NCBI GenBank assembly: GCA_013265495.1
Contig: MU062166.1
Span: 2,944,088 to 3,008,087 of the forward strand
Length of the DNA stretch: 64,000 nucleotides
From: Vicugna vicugna
Taxonomy: Eukaryota
Reading direction: 5' to 3'
In this document: piece by piece, positions 12,049-23,500 of the stretch
Numbering within the stretch: the first letter of the stretch is position 1
Layout: each line of letters starts with the position of its first letter
Notes under the pieces: model-generated
The model's input: only the letters and a program-made list of their open reading frames with translations
Told to the model about the DNA's origin: nothing
The model's database searches: none
Program-made: the position numbers and the translations under genes

Positions 12049-12612
12049 TTCCTCAGAAAGGTAAACCTAGAATTGTCATATGACCCAGCAATTCTGCTCC
12101 TAGGTATATACCCAAAGTTCCTGACAGCAGGGACTCAGATATTGAGAGCAGCGGTGTGCACAATAGCTGAAAGGTGGAGGCCACCCACGTGTCCATCGTC
12201 AGACAAATGGATAAACAAAAGTGGTGTGTGCACACGATGGAGTATTATTCAGCCTTAGAAACAGGATGAAATCTGACACACACTACAACATGGATGACCT
12301 TTGAAGACATGATGCTAAGTGAAATCAGGCAGTCAAGGAAGAGCACATGTTGCATGATTTCACTCATACAAGGTACCTGGAGAAGTCAAATTCAGAAAGA
12401 AAGTGGAATCGTGGTTGCGGCGGGTAGAGGGGAGTGGGAGCTAGTGCCCAATTGGTGCCAAGTTTCAGTTTGGGAAGACGAAAATGTTCTAGCGATGGAT
12501 GGTGGTGATGGTTGCACAAGAGTGTGAATGTGATTAATGCCACTGAATTGTATACCTACCGATGGTTAAAATGGTCAGTTTTACGTTATGTGTATTTTAC
12601 CACACACACAAA
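12049..12612 (+). mobile_element. L1MB-type LINE 3' end (ORF2 C-terminus plus 3' UTR)
   Basis: Translates as ELSYDPAILLLGIYPK..RWRPPTCPSSDKWINK, a decayed L1 ORF2 C-terminus; ends with the L1MB 3' UTR. Confidence 0.9.
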
Positions 12613-13199
12613 AGTGCTTAATCCCAGCCAGATCTGGGAATGAATTGTGTGGGAATGAATGGGGGGGTGTGGACTAGATGAGTTTTAATGGCCATTTCTG
12701 GCCTCAGAGTTGGAGCTGACTGGGACGGGGGCATCTGACTTGGCTGATTTCTCAAGAGGGCGGCTCTCCTCTGGGGGATGCACATACGAACTTGTATCGG
12801 GGCCAGGCCAGCCCCTGAATGGAGGCGGTGTGTCCTGTCCACAGGGGAAGCTGCTGCCTAGCTCCAGCTGATCCTTGCCATGTGGGGCGCCTGGTTATGG
12901 GAGACAAGTCCCAAATCTGGATTCGTGTAAAATCTAATGTTTCAATCTTGACACCTGGTTCAGTGAACAGGCAAGCAAACAAACAAGTCATGTGTGGGTT
13001 CAACAGAACAACTCCTTGGGCCTTGGGTCTGGGTGGTGGCTCTTCTCAGAGGCTTGGGCCTCAGCTAGAGAGGCCTGCGTTCTGGCTCTTCTCACCGAGT
13101 GCCATGTCACTTCTGAGGTCCGATGCCAGCATTTCCTTGCTTTCAGCGCATCCGAAAGGGAGCCTTGTAGATAGAAGGATGGGCATCGGCACCTAGGGT

Positions 13200-13350
13200 C
13201 TGGATTCTGCTCAGGCTGGGGTCTTAGCTCTGCCATTTGTGAGCTGTGGGGCCTTAGGAGACTTGCTTATTTCTTCCCCTTGCCTCAGTTTCCTTATCTG
13301 TCAAGTGGGAATGGTAACAGCTCTGCCTGGGAGAGTTAGGGTGAGGACTC
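13200..13350 (+). mobile_element. MIR SINE
   Basis: GCTCTGCCATTTGTGAGCTGTG..GCCTCAGTTTCCTTATCTGTCAAGTGGG. Confidence 0.85.
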
Positions 13351-14454
13351 AGGGAGCTCCGGTGAGGGGCTTGGCCCGTGGCAGGGCCAGCGGAAGGGAT
13401 CTGTGGTGTGTGCATGCGTGTGGCGTGTGTCGCCTGCAGCTGGAGCAGAGAGCAGACAGAAAGTCGGACAGGCCATCAGTTGGTGGGTTACACGACACTG
13501 GACATCTGCTTCTCCGTCTAGGATGTGTCTAGTGACCCCCTCCTCCAAGAGTCATTCTGAGGATTAGATAAGGTAATATTCAACAGTGCTTGGCCGCAAT
13601 AGGTGCCCAGTACACATTCATTCTGTCCCTTGGAGTCTAAGGCCTTTGACCTCAGTGGAGATTTGAGCGGAAGGAGCTGGGGCCAGCTAATCAGGCTGAA
13701 GACAGGACTAGAGAGAGCCGGGAAATGAACTGTGTCCTGCCCCTTCACCATCAGCTCCCTCGCCTTCTTATCGGCCCCCAGGATGGGGGTCCTGGTCCCA
13801 TCCTCAGAAGCCCACCCACTTGCTGTTCAGGAAGATGGCCTCACCTTTCCAGGGCAGTTGGATGAGTTAGCAATGCCCGTTTATTGAGACTGGCTCTGTG
13901 TCTGCCCTGGAACACACACTGGGCTGCGGGTGGGCCCAGAGCTGAGCTCCTCTGGGCGTCCCTGGGTGTGCTGGCTGGAGAAAAGTGCCTTGCCCTGCCC
14001 AGACCCTCTCTGAGGGTCAGAGACCAGGGGGACTGCACACCCACACAGATCAGAGAGCTGGCTCAGGGTGCCATGGGCCTGCTCGAGATCCCATGTCTCT
14101 TAATCAAGCCCCAGGCTTCACAGGTGCTTGGGGTGTTGACCAGATAAAGAAGGATAAAAGGCCCTTAAAATCCCAAGATGCTGAGGAGCCTAAAGGGCTA
14201 TGTGACCTTTGGTGAGTCACTGACCAGTAGGATCTAAGAGCTACTTTGGGTGAGGGCTCTGGGGTGGGGGGGCAGATGATGGCATCTCAGGTTCTTGGGG
14301 GACACAGAGGTGCCTTTAGGTCCAAGTTCCTAATGGTGGTGGGCTCAGGGATGCATAAGCCACAGTCAGTGCCCCCTCATTGTTTGCACACCTGAGCATT
14401 CTGACGTCTGTCCCCTGTCACCTGGATAGGGAGTGGCAGGGAAGATGGGGACAC

Positions 14455-14625
14455 CTCATGTGTGTACCTCACAACTCTGTGTGTTCATTGCATATGCAAG
14501 ATTACGGTGTGTGTTTGTTACATGTGTGTTCATTGTTTTTATATGTTTGTCATGTGTGCATGTTCAATGCATGTGTGTCCATTGTGTGTGCATGTCCCGT
14601 GTTTGTGTGTTCATTACGCATGCAC
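14455..14625. repeat. Degenerate TG/TGCA low-complexity repeat
   Basis: Interrupted (TG)n with CATG units. Confidence 0.8.
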
Positions 14626-15029
14626 ACTGGGGCAGGATGAGAGGCCTGACAGGGCCCTTCAAGAGTCCTTCCAGCCTTGAGAAATGTGTCCTCTAAGACT
14701 CCGGGGTTTGTGAGGAGGGAGAAGAGGGGCCACCCAAGACAAGTGGAAATTGGAGTCCTTGTCCCCAACATCTGGCCTCCAGCTGGGGATGGGGACTCTC
14801 TGCAGGAAACAAGAGGACACAATGAGGCAGTGAGGGGGCTGCAGTCCACCCGCGTGTGAATCCATTTCACCAGGATTTTCCCAGTCAGCGAGCCTGGCCC
14901 CTGACGTTGGAAGATTGTGGTCTAGGCTGGGGCTGATACCAGGCACCCAGCAGGGCTGCACAGCGGTGGGTGATGCCGAGGAAGAACAGGGCGCCTGGTG
15001 TGGGTGCAGACTTGGATGATGGACAGTGT

Positions 15030-15047
15030 CTGCTGCTGCTGCTGCTG
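15030..15047. repeat. (CTG)6 microsatellite
   Basis: CTGCTGCTGCTGCTGCTG read directly. Confidence 0.95.
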
Positions 15048-15220
15048 TTGGGGATGGGGATCCCAGGCCCGAGTGAACTTGCAGGAAGAACACCCAGGCT
15101 TGAGGCCGGCTGGGGAGGGGGTGTGTCCCTGTTTCCCAGCTGGGAAGCTGGTGCACAGGCTCACTGGGATGGGACACAGGCTTTGGAGTCTCAGACGACA
15201 CCAGCATCATCAGCTCCACG

Positions 15221-15368
15221 NNNNNNNNNNNNNNNNNNNNNNNNNNNNNNNNNNNNNNNNNNNNNNNNNNNNNNNNNNNNNNNNNNNNNNNNNNNNNNNN
15301 NNNNNNNNNNNNNNNNNNNNNNNNNNNNNNNNNNNNNNNNNNNNNNNNNNNNNNNNNNNNNNNNNNNN
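15221..15368. other. Assembly gap (148 N)
   Basis: Run of N. Confidence 1.
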
Positions 15369-16065
15369 GAGGGGCTGGGAGGTGGGGAGCATGGAACCTG
15401 TTAACTGCTGAACCATCTGTACAGTGAGTCAAACACAAATCGATTAATGCAGTGAGGTGATGCCAGGAAGGAGCTCCAAGCTGATGCCTTTGCTAATTGA
15501 CATGAAGATGCAACCAGTAGTCGAGTATTTGGTGCGTGCCAGGCAGCATTATCTCGCGGTTACCCTTTGAGGCAGCTGCTGTCATTTTACTCCGCTTGTC
15601 AGCTGGGGAAACCGAGGCACCGAGTGATTCTGTAATTGGCCCAGAGTTGCACAGCTTCTGGGCGGGCGGTGGAGGTGGGCCAGGCCTGGCACTGAGCCCC
15701 CACCCGTAGCTTTCTACCTGCCTTACTGGGGCCCAGGCATCCTGCCCTCGGGAAGCAGCCGCCGGTTTTGGGAGCTGAGGGTGAGGGTGAGCCTCTGGGC
15801 TCCTCTTTACTCTCCCTGGGGGTGTGGGTTCTCTCTGAGGAGCTGCCCTGCTCAGTAGCACAGCCCCGTCCTCTTCATCCAGCACCCACACAGCCAGGCG
15901 CCTCCAGTAGCAAAGGGGGCTTCTCTCCCCAGGGGCTGGTGCAGCCACACACACCGGGGGCGGTCTCTTCCCGGCCCCACTCAGGACACGGCGGTGGTGA
16001 GGAGGCTGGGGGCACTGGATGAGGGCTCCTCTGTGCGGGTGGATGCCCCAGCCCTTCTCCCCTGT

Positions 16066-16123
16066 GTGCCCTGGGGTGGAGCGTGCCCCGGGGTGGAGCG
16101 TGCCCCGGGGTGGAGCGTGCCCC
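16066..16123. repeat. 17-bp minisatellite, ~3.4 copies
   Basis: GTGCCCYGGGGTGGAGC at 16066, 16083 and 16100, plus a partial unit. Confidence 0.95.
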
Positions 16124-16699
16124 CTTGTTGTGTGATGTCCTCTTATCTGCTCTAACTGCTGGAGGTCATAGACAGGCCAAGCTCTTGTTATTATACTCAG
16201 ATCTGTGCAGTGTGGACACAGGATGGCCCTGTTACCTAGAACTCTGCAGGCCCAGCTGTCCTTGCAGCTTCTGCCCGGGGCTTTGGGTGAACTGCCCTGT
16301 GCTTGCTAAGGAACATGAGGCCACTCAGAACCATTTAGCTGTTCTGAATGGCTTCTCCACGTGGCCTGGCCTCCGCCAGTTTCCCAGGCCAGGCGGGACC
16401 TACATGCGGGACCAGACCTGCTCAGTTCTCGCCCTGGGGCACCCCCTCCAGATTCTTTGGTTGTGCTGTGACAACAGATGATGACTGTTCGCTCTGTGCG
16501 CCCCACGTGCCCAGCACGGAGGAGGAGCTCCCTTAATTGGCGTTTATGAAATAAAAGAAGCCCTGTGCACCCCTTGAAGGCAGATGTAAGCAGGGAAGTG
16601 GTAGAGTGCTCAGGGATGGGGATGTCCTCAAACCCACCCTCCATCCTTAAAACCTCAGGTTGGAATTCCCACGATGTTCCTGGGGCCAAGAGTAGTGTT

Positions 16700-16865
16700 G
16701 GCCTAAGAGTCAGGGCCTCTGGGTCCAGGCAGACTTGGGTTCAAATCCCACCCTCTCTCCCAGCCACCTGACAAGCTCCTTAATCTTGCTGAGCCTCAAT
16801 TTCTTCAGCTGAAAATGGTGATCATGAACCCAGTCATATGAGACCATGTGTATAAAGGGCTTTGC
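16700..16865 (+). mobile_element. MIR SINE
   Basis: CAGACTTGGGTTCAAATCCC..GAGCCTCAATTTCTTCAGCTGAAAATGG. Confidence 0.85.
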
Positions 16866-17964
16866 TGGAGCCAGGGACCCACTCCCCTTAGCACTCAACT
16901 TTCTTTCTGGAATGCACAACAGCTCTCACTTTGCTGGTCCCCTCCTGTGTTGGGTGTTCGAGACACATCTCCCCAAGATCTGGAGGCACATGGGAAGGAT
17001 GGGAGAGAAGGTGAGCTCTTTCTTTGGGGCTGGGAGAATGTGGGGAAGGGTTTGGCCACTGACAACTCACAAGTGGCCTACAGGGAGCATAGAGGAGGGA
17101 GAGCCCCCCTGATTCTGGCCATTACCTTCCTGGGGTCATTTTGTTCTTCATGCTAATTTTGGTGTGTAGAGAGTAGGGCCTGGGGTGGGAATGGGTGGTC
17201 TCAGATGCCGTGGTCTTCGCTATCCCCGGGGGGTCAAGCCCCCTTCTCCATCCTCTTCCTCCAGTGCGACAAGTTCACCAGATGCCTTTCCTGGATGCTG
17301 AGCCCAGCGGGCCCCAGGGAATGGCTCCCAGTCAACCTCAGAGCTGAAGGGCTGATCCAAGAGGCCTGCTGAGGTGTTGATTTGGAAGAGAGAGCTTGAA
17401 GTAGGAGGACAGGAGCTGCCAGAGAGGAAAGCTGTGCAGAGACGTGGGGTGACTGCATGAGGGCCAGGCTCAACCGGGGGGGCCCTGCCTGTGGGGCCTG
17501 TTTGCTTCTCTGCCTTCAGGTTAACTGCCTGCAGGTGGTGGTGCCAGAGTACTCCGTGGGCACAGCCAGGTCTGCAGGGGAATTTAAATTAGCTCCCGGC
17601 CAGGGTCTTTCAAAGCATCCTGTCCCCTTCTGTCAGAGCAACACCTCCCCCAACCCCAGCTATTATTGGATGTCTGTTTGCCCCTCAAGTGTGAGAGGCT
17701 CTTCAGGAAAGGATCTTTTAAATTCATCGCTGTGTACCTGGTGTCTGCTTTCAGCAGGTGCACAGCAGTTGGACAAATGAGTGAAGTGAAGAGTGAATGA
17801 AGTCGTGTGAGTGAGTGAACACAGCATTTTAAATAAATGGAAGAGTATTGAGAGTAATACGAGGAACATTTGTGTATCTGCCATATGGATTAAAGACATT
17901 TAATATTTTGCTGTAGTGATTCATGTGTTTCTTAGCAATAGAAAACACAAACATGAAACATAGG

Positions 17965-18290
17965 TCTTCCTGTTCCAGACAAGATGGAGTAGATACGTTG
18001 TTTCCTATCCCTCCTGCCAAAGGTGCTCCAGAGCTCTGGTCATCGCGTATTAAGCAAATATAAGAAGATACTGGGTGGGGAGGGTATGTAGCTCAGTGGC
18101 AGAGCACACGCTTAGCATGCACGAGGTCCTGGGTTCAACCTCCAGAACCTCTGTTAAAAATAAATAAATAAATAAACCTAATTACCTCTCCCTTCCCAAA
18201 AAAAGCCCCCCCCCACTGAATCCCAAAAAAGAAGATTACGGAAGGTGGAGGGAGAGGCTGAGACTCGAGGATGGGAAGAATGATGTGCCA
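17965..18290 (+). mobile_element. 5' terminus of an ancient L1M (L1MC/MD-like), interrupted by a SINE
   Basis: CTTCCTGTTCCAGACAAGATGGAGTAGA..AAGCAAATATAAGAAGA..GGAAGGTGGAG resembles old L1M 5' ends. Confidence 0.6.
18072..18228 (+). mobile_element. Vic-1-type SINE (copy 3, long tail)
   Basis: TAGCTCAGTGGCAGAGCACACGCTTAGCATGCACGAGG; tail AATAAATAAACCTAATTACC; TSD AAGAAGAT (18062-18069 / 18229-18236). Confidence 0.9.
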
Positions 18291-18879
18291 TTGAGCTCCT
18301 GGGTTTTCTTTGTTGCCTCCCTTATATACCAGGGACCATGACCACGTGCTGGAGAAACCACCAGAAATGCCAAGGGGTACAAACAAAAAGGACCCCTCCT
18401 CAAAAAGAAAGGAATTAAAAAAAGCCTGCTGTCCCCCTATCCAAAGGCCTGGGGAAGGGGCAGCTGAGCTGGCCTGGGCAGTTGGTGCAGCTGGCCCTTC
18501 CAGGACTGTCCCTCTTCTGACACAGTTCATGCCAGCAGTGTGGAGGCCTCACTTTCTGCCTGCCTTCTCACTGAGCCTAGTTCCAGATTTAGAGACCCAG
18601 CGCACCCTTCCTCTCTGACACACAGATTCTGATGCTTTGAGGTGAGCGGGCTCTATGGGGTTTCGTTCCCCGGCCCCTCTACTCTCAGGGCCCCTGCTCT
18701 AGCCCTGCTCCCCATGAGGCTCCAGGCATGGCCCCAGAAGTGCCCCAGATGCCCTTCCCCTTCCAGCTGGCCTGGCCTCATCCGCTCACTTCCGGTTTGG
18801 GGGACCCAGGAGCATAGGGTTTGCCTCTGGGCTTTCCTCCATCTGTCGCGCCCACCCCATGGGCCCCATCCCCTTCTGT

Positions 18880-19270
18880 CCAGCTAGGTCCATAAACGGG
18901 CCACTTGGCAGGGTCCACTCCCCTGGGAGGGTGTGAGAAACGTGCGTGCTGGCGTGTGAAAATGAATTCTTCTGTTCTCCTAGAGGGCATTGAAAAGACT
19001 CTGTGTGTGAGGGCAGTGTGCAGAGGGGCCGGGGAAAACAGGAAGGCCGCCATAAACCCGGGGGCTGCAGCTCGCGGCGACGGGCCCCAGCGCTCCGGCC
19101 TTCCCGCGTGTTTACAGTCCGTCGCCCTGGTGTTTGCCCAGCCTCTGCTGGGGTCCTGCTGGAAGGCTTTCTTAAATAAAAATCTCATTTCTTTTCTAGA
19201 CCAATACACAAACCAAACAGTGGCAAATGCCGCATTTATTTTTCTTGTGGATGCATGAGCTCACTTTCTA
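18880..19270. promoter_or_regulatory. Candidate enhancer / small CpG-rich element
   Basis: About 13 CpG in ~19028-19130; CCATAAA x2, TGTTTAC, CAGGAAG, GCGTG x3; no repeat recognised. Confidence 0.5.
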
Positions 19271-19569
19271 AAGCTATTTGGGAGGATGTCCCGGGGCAGG
19301 CTTTGGGCCAAGGTGTCAAGGCCCTTTTGGGCCCACAGGGCCGCGTGGGAAGGCTCTTGATCAGAGGGAAGGATGGAGCCCCTGGGGACCCAGGGACGCC
19401 TCCCCCTCAGCATTGCAGTGAGAACCACAGACCATCTCCCCCAGCAGCCCGGGGATTTTAAAAAATGAAAACGGCACCCTGTGAATCCCCTACTGAAACC
19501 ACTGCAGCATCCTCCCTCCCACCTGGAATAAAACAGCAACTTCTTACCGTGGCTCATGAGCACTTTGGC

Positions 19570-20062
19570 CATTGTGTGAAGCCCAGGGATCACTTCTCAG
19601 AATAATGCTTTTACGTACATACAATAAAACACGTAGGGTTTACAAAGGAAACCAGTTCTTTTCAGATAGTTATTAGATACTTTTAAACTTTATGATACTG
19701 AAGTCGTAGGGTTTACAAAGGAAACCAGTTCTTTTCAGATAGTTATTAGATACTTTTAAACTTTATGATACTGAAGTATCTGTGCTTCTTTGTTATACTT
19801 TAATAAGTTCCAGCAGCTGGTCTAATAGTTACTGTCATTCTGAGTTAGTGATGAGCATAAGTGATATTTCCAGATATCTGCAGCACTGGTGATTTCTGTT
19901 GTTGACGAGTCCCAGGCACTGCTAACATAATTGTGCGTTGTTGCCTACATTCATGATGAAAGGATGTAGTGCTCACTTCCAGTTAGAGACTGGTGAAAAG
20001 AGAGATGACGCTTTTCTCCGTCCAAGTTCATGGACCCCCTAAATCCTATCCATGGACCTCTT
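19570..20062. mobile_element. hAT-Charlie DNA transposon remnant (subfamily not resolved)
   Basis: GTTGTTGCCTACATTCATG..CCAAGTTCATGGACCCCCTAAATCCTATCCATGGACC resembles a Charlie subterminal sequence. Confidence 0.7.
19632..19777. repeat. Perfect 73-bp tandem duplication
   Basis: 19632-19704 is identical to 19705-19777. Confidence 0.97.
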
Positions 20063-20064
20063 GG

Positions 20065-20560
20065 CAGTGACCTTCCTACTCTGCTCCACATGAGCTGGTC
20101 CTCGCCTCCATCTCAGTCCCTCCCTCCTCCATTCACTTTGCTGTGCTGGTTGCCTTCTTGTTTGAATACCCCAAGCTTGTCTCGAGCCTGGAACCTTCAC
20201 ACCTGCTATTCCCTCTGCCTGGAATGCTCTTCCCCACACTGTTTCCCAGGTGGCCTTTAGGTCTCAGCTCAGATATCACCTCCATAGAGAAACCCTCCCA
20301 ACCAGCCTTTGGAAAGGAAACATACTCTCCTCTAATTGCTGTCTTTCATGTTCTGCTGTTTACTAATGTTCTTTGCCCATAACCCTATCTGCAGTCATCT
20401 TTTGTTTAGTTATTGACCTGCGTGTTTTTTCTCTCCCTCCCTAGACTGGATGTCCCATGACAGTAGTGACTGTGTCTTGTGTGGTCCACCATTAGAACAG
20501 TGCCTGGCACACAACAGGGGTTCTTTAAATATTGGTGAGTGAATGAAGGAATGAATAAAG
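20065..20560 (+). mobile_element. L2 LINE 3' end
   Basis: ATTCCCTCTGCCTGGAATGCTCTTCCC..AACAGTGCCTGGCACA..GAGTGAATGAAGGAATGAA. Confidence 0.9.
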
Positions 20561-23500
20561 TGAAATATTGGAAATTAGCGCTCTGTTTAGAAAATTTGTG
20601 ACACGTGCTTGCCATAGCCAGATTTAATCTTAGCCAACGGTTTATACTTAAAGTCATTAAAGTTTGGATTTAGGAGGCACCTCGGAAAGCATCTGCCTTA
20701 ACACTCCCACCCCCCACTCCTTACTAGATAGATGAGGAAGCTTGGCGCCGTTACGAGACTGGGGCCGCAGTCTCAAGTCCACTTAGCTGGTGGCTCCTGG
20801 CCCAGGCCAGTCTGTCCTGAGGCTGCAGTTTGAGTAATTCTCACAGTGATGTTAGGTGTTTACAGAATTCTCAGCTCAAGGAACTGGAAGGCTTCCTATC
20901 CAACCACCCACTTCAGATTTGAATTTCAGAGCCCTTTAGTCTCCAAGAGGAGAAGTGACCTGCCTGGCTGGGATAGTCCAGGCCCCTGGAGAGTGGACAG
21001 CTCTCCACTCCCCAGCATCATGTTGACTCATAAACGTATTTGGCATCAGCCCCCAGCCAGCACCCAAAGCAGAGAGTCTCATTAGGCACTCAGAGGAATA
21101 AACATTTCTGTCTCTTTCTTTCCTTTATCTCCTGAGTGTGGGTGCATGTTCATTTGTTTATTCAACAAGTGTCTATTGAGCACTTATGATATGCCACCCA
21201 CTGGGGAGAGAGACTTGATTCCTGCCCGCCTCCCCCACTGGAGCTTATTCATGGCTGCACCCAGGAGACTGGTGGAAATAAGGGAGTGATAAGTTGAGAA
21301 AGTTCCATGATGGAGGGATAATTTGCTGAGCTAGAGAGCAGTGTCCAGGGTCTTCCACTGATCAGGAAGTAGCCTGGAGGAAGTGGCATCACTCTGAGCC
21401 TCCCAGGGCATCTCTGTGTGAGCTCCCTGGGGACAGGGACCACATCTTCTCCATCTTGGGGGGGTCTCCTTGGCTGGCACAGTGAGTAGATGAATGGGTG
21501 GATGATGGATGGATAAAGTGGCTGAATGGATACTGCCCTCCTCCCCTGCCTGGAAACCATAACTGTGATTGGCAGCAATGAGTATTAAGACAGAGCTTCC
21601 TTGCCACGTACATCTACTTCCAGTGTGGGCCCCAGACATGAGCAGCTGATTTGACATGGTCTTGGTGGAGAGCAGACAGACCATAGGAGAAAGAAGTGTT
21701 CTCTAATATCTGCTTGATGGAACACCCAACAATGGCATTAGTTAGTGAGCTAATTGTTCACATAAGGTAATTAGAGGGCCCAAATCAAAGAGGTTCTCAG
21801 AACATCGAAAACTTGGAAGGCTGGAACATCATTGTGAAGATAAAAGATTGTTGAGGTCTGCAAATATTTCTCAGTGACGCAGAAAGTTCTGTTGGGCAAA
21901 AAGTGTGGCATTTTTATTTATTCAGCTCAGGCTTATTGCGTACTTTATTCTTTCATTAAAAAAAAGGCATGAGGGGGTTTGAGTGAAAGAGTTGATTATT
22001 CCACCGTTTGGCAATATTTCTGTAGGAACTGTCCAAAAGCTATATAATAAATCAAGGCCCCCTGCCCACCCCCTGGCGGGGCTGACGTTTACCAGGAGGC
22101 TGTTCACAGAAAGTAGTTGCTGCCCTGCCCTGTATCCTTGTGGACAGACTGGACGGGAGAGATTTCCTTTGCCTTGTGGGAGAGCCTCTTGCTCAAGTCT
22201 TAACTCTTTCCAGGAGCAGAAGCCCTAGGCTCTGGGGGATTTCCTAAAAGAAAATGTAGAATTTTAACCTCAAAGAAGAAACACTAAAATACTGTAACAA
22301 TGTGAAGACTGCCTTGAACCAGCCTCGTACTTGACTCTGCACTCAGCACTGCTCATGGTCTTTAACAGGAAATCAGCCTGCAAATACTTGTTGAGCCCCT
22401 ACTATGTGCTCAGCATTGTTGCAGGCACGGGAGTTGTACTGTTGGCCACAGAAGCGTGCAGTCTTGTGGAAGGACTTTGGTCATTGGCGATGAGTGAAAT
22501 GGTTGTTCTGCGGCTCCCAGGTGTGTGACATTGGGCAAGGTGCTTAATTTCTCTGGGTTGCAGTTTCTTTGTCTATAAAATGGGAGACGTTAATACCAGC
22601 CTGGTAGAACCACTGGGAGGGCCGGCAGAGTGCCTCGCACATGCCACCACTGTCATCGTCATCATCACGGTGCTAGTGGTGTAGGGTGAAGGTTGAAGGT
22701 CCTTGGGGGGCGGGCTTTGGAATTTCCCAAAGAAGCTGAATTGGCTGCAAATGATGAATGGGGCTGGCTGCTTCTGTGCTGACATCACACAGCTCCAGTG
22801 CCCCAGGGACCCCTGCCTTGGGATCATTTGAATTCTACCCATTCTTGAACCCCTGCCTCTAGCCTCGCCTTCCTGGAGGCCACCCTGATTCCTGCAGTCC
22901 TCAGCCCTCCTTCCTCCCCTTGGCCCCACAGCTCACCTGGGGAAGCTGATGGTGTCACACTGTGCCCAGACCCCTGGCCTGGTAGGTTTCTTTGCAAGGA
23001 CATATGGACATTCGCCAATGAAGGTCGCACCCCAGAGTCCTAACAATGGTTACTCCTGGGGAAGGCATGGAGGTCAGAGAGGGCATTAGGTTTATCTGTA
23101 AGGTGATTTTTTTAAAAAGGAGAATGAATTGGCGAGTTATACGTGTGAGTAAAACTTGAGTGAAGAGAGACTGGATCTGCTGCCTGGTTTCACAGTGGGG
23201 CAGTGGGGATGGTGATGCCATTTCCCTCTCTCCCGGTTGATTTTGTGTCCCCTGATGAGTCTTTGGGCTCCAACGGGAAGGTCAGAGTCTCACCATCTTT
23301 ACAGACCCTGCAGGACTGTGGCTGAGGGGCTCCTGCCCAGTTCTTCTGGGATGCTGGCAGCAGGAGACCATCCTGCAGCCTTCAGCAGGTGGGGTCTCAG
23401 GGCTTTCAGTCCTGCAAGGGTTTGGAGGGAAGCCTAGGCCTGGATCCACTCAGTCTGACCCTGAAGCCCCTCCCTGGGGTCTCCAGTCTCCTCCTGGGCT

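Noticed and set aside
14659-15438. 259-aa ORF and overlapping ORFs
   Set aside because: They run through the N gap; artefacts
17176-17195. Canonical G-quadruplex motifs (here on plus; 5550-5570 on minus)
   Set aside because: Real matches but very common in GC-rich mammalian DNA, with no supporting context
19632-19777. CRISPR-like array
   Set aside because: Two abutting copies with no spacer, in a mammalian genome with no cas genes
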